DNA of 64,000 nt from a bacterium (GTDB taxonomy: Bacteria > Patescibacteriota > JABMPQ01 > JBDRIV01): positions 246,943 to 310,942 of the forward strand of contig JBDRIV010000002.1 in the NCBI GenBank assembly GCA_043815505.1, in the 5' to 3' direction. Both the position numbers and the translations under genes were made by a program. The notes under the pieces were generated by a model. It was not told where the DNA came from. It made no database searches and was given only the letters and a program-made list of their open reading frames with translations. Shown here piece by piece: positions 1 through 7,757 of the stretch. Numbering within the stretch: the stretch's first letter is position 1; each line of letters opens with the position of its first letter.

Positions 1-2
1 TT

Positions 3-1208
3 TCTATTTTAGCTGGAATAGGTCTTATTTTAATAGCTTACTTTTTAACCAAAAAAATAACTGAGAGTAGAAGAACTTCTTTAGCCGCTGCTTTTGTTTT
101 TGCAGTCAATCCTTTCATTTTGCAGTATGCTACCGAAGCCAGAATGTATACTTGGGTAGCTTTATTTGTATTAGTTGGTTTTTATTTCTTTTTGGACGCA
201 ATAAAAGTTGAAAAATTAAAACCTGACAAGAACTGGTATTTAGCAACCTTGTTTTTTAGTTTAGCTTTTTTAACACATTACATTTCTGTTTTTGTAATAT
301 TTATTTTGTGGTTGGCCAGCTTATTTATCTTAAATAAAAAAGTAAAAGTATTTTCTAACTTAGGGAAATACTTTATTTTCTATTTCAGATCATATTTGCC
401 CCTTATAATCACACTTATTCTATGGGTCAGTTATTTTCATAATCATATTAAAAAAGCCATATTTTGGATACCACCAGTTAATATTTGGTCAATTCCAGAA
501 ATGTTTTATGCTTGGTTACTCGGAACAGAAGCAAAGGTTGCTGGTGTGCCGAAAGTAAATGAATTAGCTCTTACCTTAGATATAAAAGTAATTTTTGTGA
601 TCCTCACAGTTGTAATTGTTTGGTTGTTATCAGTATTAATCTTTCGTAATCATTCTGCCAATAGAAAAGATGTTATTCTATTAGCAGTTACTTGGCTATT
701 TCCTTTGTTGTTTCTATTTTTTGGATCTTGGTTTGGTATTTTTAATATGTTTGTGAGTAGATACTTTTTGCCAGTAGCATCGTTTTTCCTAATTAGTTTT
801 ATTATTTTACTGGCCAGATATTATAAAAAAGTTTTGCTATGGGTGTTTCTTTTCTTTTATATGATTGCTATGTTTTTGGTAAATTACAAATTACCAGAAA
901 CACATTTTGCTGAGCTGGCAGCTATTATAGAAGAAAATGCACCAGCAGAAAATTTAGTTTTTGGTGATGGCTACTCACTAGTTATAACCAAATATTATTT
1001 AGGTAATGATGATGAGGACAGAATTTTACTTTATAATATAGATGATCCTTATGAAGACTTTGATTCTTGGCAAGTTATAAATAATAAAATGAGGCTTTTA
1101 GAAGTTGAGGATATTCCGGAAGGAAGTTTAATAATAGCCCAAAAAGATTTTTCAGAAGAGTATTCAAAGATAAACGAGTTTTGGAATTACGGGTTTTATA
1201 AGAAATAA
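3..1208 (+). CDS. GT-C superfamily (GT39/PMT_2-like) membrane glycosyltransferase, 5' truncated by window edge
   Basis: Frame open from position 3; multi-TM protein with ...YATEARMY... and ..SRYF.. motifs typical of GT39/ArnT-like proteins. Confidence 0.7.
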   Translation, partial: SILAGIGLILIAYFLTKKITESRRTSLAAAFVFAVNPFILQYATEARMYTWVALFVLVGFYFFLDAIKVEKLKPDKNWYLATLFFSLAFLTHYISVFVIFILWLASLFILNKKVKVFSNLGKYFIFYFRSYLPLIITLILWVSYFHNHIKKAIFWIPPVNIWSIPEMFYAWLLGTEAKVAGVPKVNELALTLDIKVIFVILTVVIVWLLSVLIFRNHSANRKDVILLAVTWLFPLLFLFFGSWFGIFNMFVSRYFLPVASFFLISFIILLARYYKKVLLWVFLFFYMIAMFLVNYKLPETHFAELAAIIEENAPAENLVFGDGYSLVITKYYLGNDDEDRILLYNIDDPYEDFDSWQVINNKMRLLEVEDIPEGSLIIAQKDFSEEYSKINEFWNYGFYKK

Positions 1209-1235
1209 TATTATTACTACAAAAATAACAAAAAC

Positions 1236-1261
1236 AAAACCACCATATAGGTGGTTTTTTT
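1236..1261 (+). terminator. Intrinsic terminator (possibly bidirectional)
   Basis: AAAACCACC-atata-GGTGGTTTT followed by T run after the GT stop. Confidence 0.7.
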
Positions 1262-1262
1262 A

Positions 1263-1310
1263 TGGCGGGATTTTCCCCCTTCAGGGGATCACCCGCAGGG
1301 TGAAAATCCC
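1263..1310 (-). pseudogene. Degenerate tRNA-Asp-like T-arm/3' fragment with double-hairpin insert
   Basis: Minus strand GGGATTT-[TCACCCTGCGGGTGA TCCCCTGAAGGGGGA]-AAATCCC-GCCA. Confidence 0.55.
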
Positions 1311-1329
1311 CTTTTCAAACAATTTCATC

Positions 1330-1388
1330 TGGCGGGGCGGACGGGATTTTCCCCCTTCGGGGGATCACCCGTAAGGGTGAGAACCCGC
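1330..1388 (-). pseudogene. tRNA-Asp 3' fragment (T-arm, acceptor strand, CCA) with 31-nt double-hairpin insert in the T-loop
   Basis: Identical to the 3' end of the tRNA at 1431-1505 except for the insert at 1350-1380 after TTC. Confidence 0.75.
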
Positions 1389-1430
1389 TATTATTACATT
1401 TTGTTCTTTTGTAGATTCTAATTAGCTATG

Positions 1431-1505
1431 CGGGGCGGACGGGATTTGAACCCGCGACCTCCTGCGTGACAGGCAGGCGCTCTAACCGAGCTGAGCTACC
1501 GCCCC
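1431..1505 (-). tRNA. tRNA-Asp (GTC)
   Basis: Cloverleaf GGGGCGG...CCGCCCC-G, anticodon loop CTGTCAC; CCA not encoded. Confidence 0.95.
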
Positions 1506-1569
1506 GCAAAGACAATTAGAATTTGTTTAAGTATATAGAGATTTTTATCTAAAGAACAAAATGTAATAA

Positions 1570-1642
1570 CTCCTGCGCCTGACAGGCTTGTAATCATTCG
1601 GAATCTCCGAATGGTTACAATCAGGCGCTCATAACCTTGAGC
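1570..1642 (-). pseudogene. Degenerate tRNA-Asp D/anticodon-arm copy interrupted by a hairpin
   Basis: ctcctgcg..tgacaggc-[15-bp-stem hairpin 1588-1620]-aggcgctc.taacc matches tRNA-Asp. Confidence 0.55.
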
Positions 1643-1647
1643 CTAAG

Positions 1648-1777
1648 CTTCGTCGGAACAACATTCCAGCTTCCGCAACCAAGTAAACTTGATTGTTGCA
1701 GCTTGCATGTGGTTCCTCCTCTCAATCAAAATATGTGCTCATCTGCCTATCGGCGGATTCCGCCTCATATTTTGATT
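1648..1777 (-). repeat. Structured tRNA-upstream leader motif, copy 1
   Basis: Aligns with 10769-10896: long hairpin, GAGAGGA, TGYAAGCTG-hairpin-AAGCTGGAA-GTTGTT-GACGAAG. Confidence 0.65.
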
Positions 1778-1815
1778 GTATTGCTACCAAACCATTATAA
1801 ATGGGTACTTCTATA

Positions 1816-2289
1816 CTAAATATAATAAGCGAATAATACTCCGTAGGCAAGGATGAAAACAAAAAGCTGAATAGTAAGTCCTGTTATAAAACTTCCTTGC
1901 GGTAAAACATTTTGAATATTGGAATGAAAATCCCAGAACTTTTCTAAAATAGAAATCTTCCAATTTTTGGTTTTAAAAAGAAAAATTGCACCAGTAATTA
2001 GATCAGGAAAGATACTACCAATTATTCCCCAAAACATTGCATCGGAGTATTCAATAACATTGAATGTTGAAGTGAATAAAATAATGAAGATTAAAATATA
2101 AGCATCAACCAAACCTTGTAATAAAATGCTGATTAATTTATTCTTATCACTAAATTCCATTTCTTCGTTTCCGTGCGGAAGAAGGTCAAAAATAAAATGG
2201 AATATAATTCCAAATATAAATGCTAGTATTGGATTTCCGGTGGCAGCGCCGATTACAGTACCGACAGCTGCGTGTGAAGTGCTGAACAT
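1816..2289 (-). CDS. Membrane protein, putative metal-dependent hydrolase (YdjM-like)
   Basis: TM helices with SH, HFIFDLLPH, FPD and H motifs. Confidence 0.55.
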   Translation of the reverse strand: MFSTSHAAVGTVIGAATGNPILAFIFGIIFHFIFDLLPHGNEEMEFSDKNKLISILLQGLVDAYILIFIILFTSTFNVIEYSDAMFWGIIGSIFPDLITGAIFLFKTKNWKISILEKFWDFHSNIQNVLPQGSFITGLTIQLFVFILAYGVLFAYYI

Positions 2290-2310
2290 TAAAATTCTTA
2301 TTTATTTCCG

Positions 2311-2384
2311 TAGCAGGGGTGGGGATCGAACCCACGACCTCGGGCTTATGAGTCCCGCGCTCTAACCAACTGAGCTACCCTGCC
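2311..2384 (-). tRNA. tRNA-Met (CAT), elongator type (Ile2 not excluded)
   Basis: GGCAGGG...CCCTGCT-A cloverleaf, anticodon loop CTCATAA. Confidence 0.9.
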
Positions 2385-2388
2385 GTAT

Positions 2389-2489
2389 TGGCATGTGGCC
2401 AATAGCTTATTGATTAGGGCACTTGATTTCTAAATTGAAAATGATTATAAACCGTAAGCTATTAGCTATATGCCATATGCTCTTTGCCA
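2389..2489. repeat. Inverted heptamer array (TRGCNNA)n...(TNNGCYA)n
   Basis: tggcatg tggccaa tagctta ttgatta gggcact ... taagcta ttagcta tatgcca tatgctc tttgcca. Confidence 0.75.
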
Positions 2490-2491
2490 TT

Positions 2492-2567
2492 TGGTTGCGG
2501 GGCCCGGACTCGAACCGGGAACCTTGAGGTTATGAGCCTCACGAGCTGCCAATTGCTCCACCCCGCG
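2492..2567 (-). tRNA. tRNA-fMet (CAT), initiator
   Basis: CGCGGGG...CCCCGCA-ACCA with C1:A72 mismatch. Confidence 0.95.
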
Positions 2568-2577
2568 TCGTCGTCGC

Positions 2578-2674
2578 CCCGCTCCAGTTTTATAGAACTC
2601 GGAATATCTAGACTAGATAAAGATTAAAGTATTTCTAAACTTTAAAAATTTGAGTTCTGCAAAACTGGGGCGGG
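2578..2674. repeat. Family B inverted-repeat element (CCCGCTCCAGTTTT...AAAACTGGGGCGGG)
   Basis: 23-bp imperfect terminal IR; shorter copy at about 2778-2806. Confidence 0.7.
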
Positions 2675-2675
2675 A

Positions 2676-2740
2676 CTCCTCTAAAATTAAATACGTGCTC
2701 GTTTCGCTATGCTCAACTTGCGCACCATATTTAATTTTGA
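2676..2740 (-). repeat. Structured tRNA-upstream leader motif, 5' hairpin copy
   Basis: Minus strand AAAATTAAATATGGTGCG...GAGCACGTATTTAATTTTAGAGGAG; matches 10701-10750. Confidence 0.6.
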
Positions 2741-2949
2741 CTTTCGCCTATTCTTTCTCATACGAAATCCGTACTAACCAGCTCCAGTTTTCAAACTGGG
2801 GCTGGGCTCCTCTAAAATATTTAATAGACTTTAAATAGTATAACGATATTCTAAAAATTTATCAAGTTTTATCGTATATTAATCAAAGTTTGGGGAAATG
2901 GCTAATTTTAGCTATAATTAAAAGGAAATTAGCCAATATTCTCTAATAA

Positions 2950-4593
2950 ATGAAGATAATCCCATTAATCAAAAAGCATTGGTATTTAGTGGCCCTAATT
3001 ACTTTTTTTATTGTCATTACAAGCATAATAAACATTTTCACTCCTCCTTGGGCATTTCCAGATGAATCAGCCCATTTTTCTTATACTGAATTTATTATTG
3101 AACACCATACTTTACCATCATATTTAACTAGCTTAGATTTTTGGGAAGCTCATCAACCGCCGCTCTATTATTCACTGGGGGTCTTAATAAAATTACCAAT
3201 TCAAAATCTGGCAGTATCCTTGCAACTTATTGTTTTAAGATTATTTTCAACACTATTGGCAGTGGGTACAATAATGGTTTCTTATTTAATAGGAAAGAAA
3301 ATTTTCAAAAATAAATATTTAATATTATTAGTACCGACATTGGTTGCACTTTTGCCGATGCAGATTTATATTGCCAGTTCGTACAACAATGATAATTTGG
3401 CAAATTTGCTCGGAGCTCTGCTAATATATTTCTTTTTAATATTTTGGCGAGAAAAGATATCTCAAAAAAACATCATTTGGTTTTCCGTGATTGTTACAGC
3501 TTCGATTTTAACAAAAGTCGGTTTATATCCGATTGTGGCTATTGTTTTCATATTTCTAATTTATAAATTAATTAGACAGAAAAATTGGAGGTTGTTGTCA
3601 ATTATAATTATGGTCCCACTTATTTTAAGTGGCTGGTGGTTTGTTAGAAACTATTTTGTTTACGGCGATCTGTTTGGCTGGTCTCAGACTGAAAAATTGT
3701 GGGCTTTACAGAAACAAGATATTTGGCAACGAGATATTTTTATAAGATGGTGGCGAACAACTTACGAAAGCTTTTGGGGAATATTTGGTGGTTTAAATAT
3801 TGCCATGCAACCTTGGGTTTACAAAATCTTAAAAATTATTGGTGTGCTAGCATTTTTTGGCAATCTGATTTTCTTCTGGCAAAAAGAAAATTCTAAAAAT
3901 ATTAAAACCAAACTAATTTGGTTGTACGGAATATTTGGTATCACACTTCTCAGCGTTTTTGTTTACAGTATAAAATTTTATCAACCACAAGGAAGATATT
4001 TATTTATTGCTCTCATTTCAGCTGTGATATTTCTGGTTGTTGGTTTGGGAATGATTACAAAAAATAAAAATTATAGAATGTTTGTTTTAATTCTGGCAAT
4101 ATTGTTTTTTGGAAATCTCAGTTTTACCAACACAGAGTTGTTAAGAGATTATAATCAAAAGAAATATAAACCAATGACCGAATATGAAATTACCGACAAA
4201 GCTACTTTTGCAGTTGGCGAAGAAAGATTCAAAAAAGAAGGTCCGGCTACAATAACAATTAAGGATTCTGAAAATGTTTTACTGGAAACAATGTTTTCCA
4301 ACACCAGAGCTGATACTTCTAAAATTAAGCAAGTAGAACTGGAAATAGAATCTTACAGCGAAATAGAGGCAAAATTGCTATATAGAAATTTGGTTGAAAA
4401 GGAATTTATGCTGGAAAATAGTACAGATTTCACGGTAAAAGAAGGTGTAAATACTTATACACTAGCGCTACCTGACAATAGAGGTTATCCTAATATTACT
4501 AGGGAATTTGCCATATATTTAGATGGTCAAATTGGGCAATTTAATTTAAACAAATTCAAACTAGTTTTTAATGAAGAAGTAAGATCGTTATGA
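2950..4593 (+). CDS. GT-C membrane glycosyltransferase (DUF2142/GT39-like) with C-terminal extracytoplasmic domain
   Basis: PDESAHF, HQPPLYY, NNDNL and QGRYLF motifs; many TM helices. Confidence 0.75.
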   Translation: MKIIPLIKKHWYLVALITFFIVITSIINIFTPPWAFPDESAHFSYTEFIIEHHTLPSYLTSLDFWEAHQPPLYYSLGVLIKLPIQNLAVSLQLIVLRLFSTLLAVGTIMVSYLIGKKIFKNKYLILLVPTLVALLPMQIYIASSYNNDNLANLLGALLIYFFLIFWREKISQKNIIWFSVIVTASILTKVGLYPIVAIVFIFLIYKLIRQKNWRLLSIIIMVPLILSGWWFVRNYFVYGDLFGWSQTEKLWALQKQDIWQRDIFIRWWRTTYESFWGIFGGLNIAMQPWVYKILKIIGVLAFFGNLIFFWQKENSKNIKTKLIWLYGIFGITLLSVFVYSIKFYQPQGRYLFIALISAVIFLVVGLGMITKNKNYRMFVLILAILFFGNLSFTNTELLRDYNQKKYKPMTEYEITDKATFAVGEERFKKEGPATITIKDSENVLLETMFSNTRADTSKIKQVELEIESYSEIEAKLLYRNLVEKEFMLENSTDFTVKEGVNTYTLALPDNRGYPNITREFAIYLDGQIGQFNLNKFKLVFNEEVRSL

Positions 4594-5711
4594 AAATAAT
4601 TCATACAGCCGACATACATTTGGGAAGAAAATTTACCAAGCTGGGCGAAAAAGCAGGTGAGCAACGTCAACTATTACGCGACGCTTTTACAAAAGTGGTT
4701 GATTTAGCTTGCGCCGATGACGTGGACTTATTGCTGATCGCTGGCGACTTGTTTGATTCCAATAAAGTTTCGAAAGCAGAGATAGAATTTGCGCGCGAAC
4801 AATTTGAAAAATTGGCCAGCCACGAAAAATGGGTTTGTATTTCTCATGGAACTCACGATGCTAATGACGGTTTGTCGGTTTTAAATCGCGACAAGTTTTT
4901 AAATACATTTAATAATGTGATATTGTTCGACAACAAAAAACAAAGTCATAATTTCCCCCATTTAGATTTAACAGTTTATGGAATTTCTAATTCAGCTAAC
5001 AAGGGAAAAGATGACCCGCTAGCTAAAGTTCAAAAAGATGATAAAGCAAAATATCATATTGCTATGATTCACGGCTCGGTAGCAATTGAATCTAAACATG
5101 CACCCGACGATTGGCCAATTGATCCCGAGAAAATAAAAAATAGTGAATTAAATTATATTGCGCTTGGTCATTGGCATTCCACGCAAGACATGAGCCAGGG
5201 GAAAGTTCAAGCTTGGTATGCCGGGGCCCCAGAAAGTATTGATTATGATGAAAAGGGTGGTAATGCGTTAGAAGTTTCTATAACAGACAAGGAAACAAAA
5301 GTTAAGGAAATCAAAGTTGGACAAAGGAATTTTGACAAAATAGAAATTGACGTTGCAGAATTTGCTGATTACAAAGATTTGAAAAAAGCCATGATAAAAG
5401 GAGCTAACAAAAATTTAGCCAGACAAATTATTTTAAAAGGTTTGGTTGGTCCCGAAAAAATGGTTGATAAAAAAATGCTCCAAGAAGAATTAGCAGCAAA
5501 TTTCTATCAAGTAAATATTGATATCAAAAATCTTCATTTAGATATAGATAACATAAACGAAAAAGATTATCCGGAAGAATTGGTAATAGGTCAGTATGTT
5601 AGAGCTTTAAAAAAGGAATTGTCCAGCGCTAAAAATGATGAAGAAAAAGCAATTTTAGAAAAAGCTTTGCATAAAGGCGTGGCTCTGCTTTCTGGAAAGG
5701 AGATTCTGTAA
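4590..5711 (+). CDS. SbcD/Mre11-family DNA repair exonuclease (YhaO-like)
   Basis: HTADIHLG, AGDLFD, HGTHD and YIALGHWH metallophosphoesterase motifs. Confidence 0.9.
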   Translation: MKIIHTADIHLGRKFTKLGEKAGEQRQLLRDAFTKVVDLACADDVDLLLIAGDLFDSNKVSKAEIEFAREQFEKLASHEKWVCISHGTHDANDGLSVLNRDKFLNTFNNVILFDNKKQSHNFPHLDLTVYGISNSANKGKDDPLAKVQKDDKAKYHIAMIHGSVAIESKHAPDDWPIDPEKIKNSELNYIALGHWHSTQDMSQGKVQAWYAGAPESIDYDEKGGNALEVSITDKETKVKEIKVGQRNFDKIEIDVAEFADYKDLKKAMIKGANKNLARQIILKGLVGPEKMVDKKMLQEELAANFYQVNIDIKNLHLDIDNINEKDYPEELVIGQYVRALKKELSSAKNDEEKAILEKALHKGVALLSGKEIL

Positions 5712-7757
5712 ATGTTTATAAAACTTTTACAACTTAGACGTTTTAAAAAGTTTGATGAGTTGGAACTGTTTTTTACTTCAGGAATTAACGTTATCAAAGG
5801 TCCAAATGAAGAGGGGAAGTCAACTTTGGTAGCCGCTCTATTGGCTGGACTCTTTTTAGATCCTAAATCTCGTTCGCAAAGCAAAGTTCTGCCCTTAAAA
5901 TCTTGGCATCACGAACAGCTTTTTGAAACCAATACGGTTTTTGTGACTGATGCCAACAAACAATATTTATTGCAAAAAGATTTTGAAAATAAAGAAATTT
6001 TGTTACGTGATGAAAACAAAAAAAATGAATGGAAGACTTTTGATGAAGTGAGAGAAATTATTGCCACAGAAACTGGACTTTCATCGCCAGAGTTGTTTGC
6101 AGCTACCGCCATGATTGAACAAGACAAAGTGGCAGAAATTTCATCGGGCAAAAAGGAATTGGAAAAATCTTTACAAATCTTGGTAACGGCTGGCCAAGAT
6201 AGTGCCAATGTTCAGGATATTTTAAAAAGTTTAGATAAAGAAATTAAAAATTATAATCGCGGAGTGGATAGACCAGTTTCTAATCCCGGATTAATAAGAA
6301 AAATCTCAGATGAATTAACCAGTGTAACAGCCGAAATTTCTAAAGAAGCTGGAGGAGTGCAAACAATTGATAAAGTGAGATCAGAAAACGACGAGTTGGT
6401 TAAAAGAACAGAACAGAACAAAAAAGATTTAGATCAAAAGAAGGAATTAAAAGATTTGAATTTGCAGTTTAGAGATTTAAGTGGCAAGTTGGAAAAATAC
6501 GAAAAAGATCTAACAGACGTTACAACTACAATTTCTGAACTTGAAAAAATAAATAATGAATTAAGAAATAATAAAAAATCCTTAAGTATTTTTAAAGATT
6601 GGGAAAAAAGGAATTTGGATAAAGATGAAGACAGTTTAACCAGACTCTCCGAACGGGTAGCAATGGCTAAAAGTATTGTTACCGAAGAAATAAAAGCTAA
6701 ACGACCAACTTGGCCCTGGCTGGTTGGTGGCGCGTTAATCGTTTTAGGCTTGATAGGTTTAGCCATTTATTGGTATACAAGCTTGTTAGCTCTCATCGGA
6801 ATTGCGGTTATCATATTTGGTTTTACTCAAAAATCTCAAAAACAAGTTGCCATTCATGATAAACATGAAGCTGACAAGGAAGATAAAAAGTTGGCAGAAC
6901 TTTTAAAAGACTTGGGTGTTAAAACGTTAGAAGAGTTTAAAAAGAAGAAAGAAGAAATGGTAAGTATACATAACAAAGAACAAGAATTAATGTCGGAACG
7001 TAAAGGAATTTTAAGAGATCGCAAAGAAAATGATTTGGAAAAACAAAAAACAGTCTTGGCCAGAGATATTGCTGTAACTGAAGCTAAAATTACTGATGAA
7101 ATGAAACAAGCTAAGCTTTCACCAGAAGAATGGCATAAGCTGGATAAAGATATTGAAGAATTGGACAGACAATTTAGAAATGATCGCGAACATTACGAAA
7201 AAAATCTAGGAATAATTGAACAGTATGAAAAAAGTAGTCATGATCTGGTTGCGATGGAGGAAAGGCAAGAACAACTACAAGGAAAATTAGATTTCGTGAA
7301 AGAACAAGAGCAAGTTCTAGAAACTGTAAAAAACTTTATGCTAAATTCCAGTGTTGATGTTGTGAAAACAAGTAAAACCAGATTACAAAAGAATTTAAAT
7401 GAAATATTGCCAACTATTACGAATGGAAAATACAAGAAAGTTGAAGTCGCCGATGATTTATCTTTTACTGTTTTTTCAGATGAAGCGGGGGATAAAATTG
7501 TTCCCGAGAAATCACTTTCTCGAGGAGCGATTGATCAATTTTATTTAGCAGTGCGGTTTGCTTTTATTGATTTAATATCTGAAGGAAAAAAACCACCAAT
7601 TATTTTAGATGATCCCTTTGTAACTTTTGATAAAAGTCGGCGCGCTGCCACTATGGGATTATTAAAAGATTTAGCCAAAGATTATCAAATATTTTTATTT
7701 ACTGCATCTGATGATTATGACAAATATGCCAATAAAGTAATTGCTCTCAATGGATAA
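5712..7757 (+). CDS. SMC/Rad50-like ATPase (YhaN-like) with central TM hairpin
   Basis: Walker A GPNEEGKST, coiled coil, LSRG signature, ILDDPF Walker B. Confidence 0.85.
   Translation: MFIKLLQLRRFKKFDELELFFTSGINVIKGPNEEGKSTLVAALLAGLFLDPKSRSQSKVLPLKSWHHEQLFETNTVFVTDANKQYLLQKDFENKEILLRDENKKNEWKTFDEVREIIATETGLSSPELFAATAMIEQDKVAEISSGKKELEKSLQILVTAGQDSANVQDILKSLDKEIKNYNRGVDRPVSNPGLIRKISDELTSVTAEISKEAGGVQTIDKVRSENDELVKRTEQNKKDLDQKKELKDLNLQFRDLSGKLEKYEKDLTDVTTTISELEKINNELRNNKKSLSIFKDWEKRNLDKDEDSLTRLSERVAMAKSIVTEEIKAKRPTWPWLVGGALIVLGLIGLAIYWYTSLLALIGIAVIIFGFTQKSQKQVAIHDKHEADKEDKKLAELLKDLGVKTLEEFKKKKEEMVSIHNKEQELMSERKGILRDRKENDLEKQKTVLARDIAVTEAKITDEMKQAKLSPEEWHKLDKDIEELDRQFRNDREHYEKNLGIIEQYEKSSHDLVAMEERQEQLQGKLDFVKEQEQVLETVKNFMLNSSVDVVKTSKTRLQKNLNEILPTITNGKYKKVEVADDLSFTVFSDEAGDKIVPEKSLSRGAIDQFYLAVRFAFIDLISEGKKPPIILDDPFVTFDKSRRAATMGLLKDLAKDYQIFLFTASDDYDKYANKVIALNG

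Noticed and set aside
1350-1380. T-loop inserts as canonical tRNA introns
   Set aside because: Too short for group I/II introns, no clear bulge-helix-bulge, and the host copies are incomplete tRNAs.
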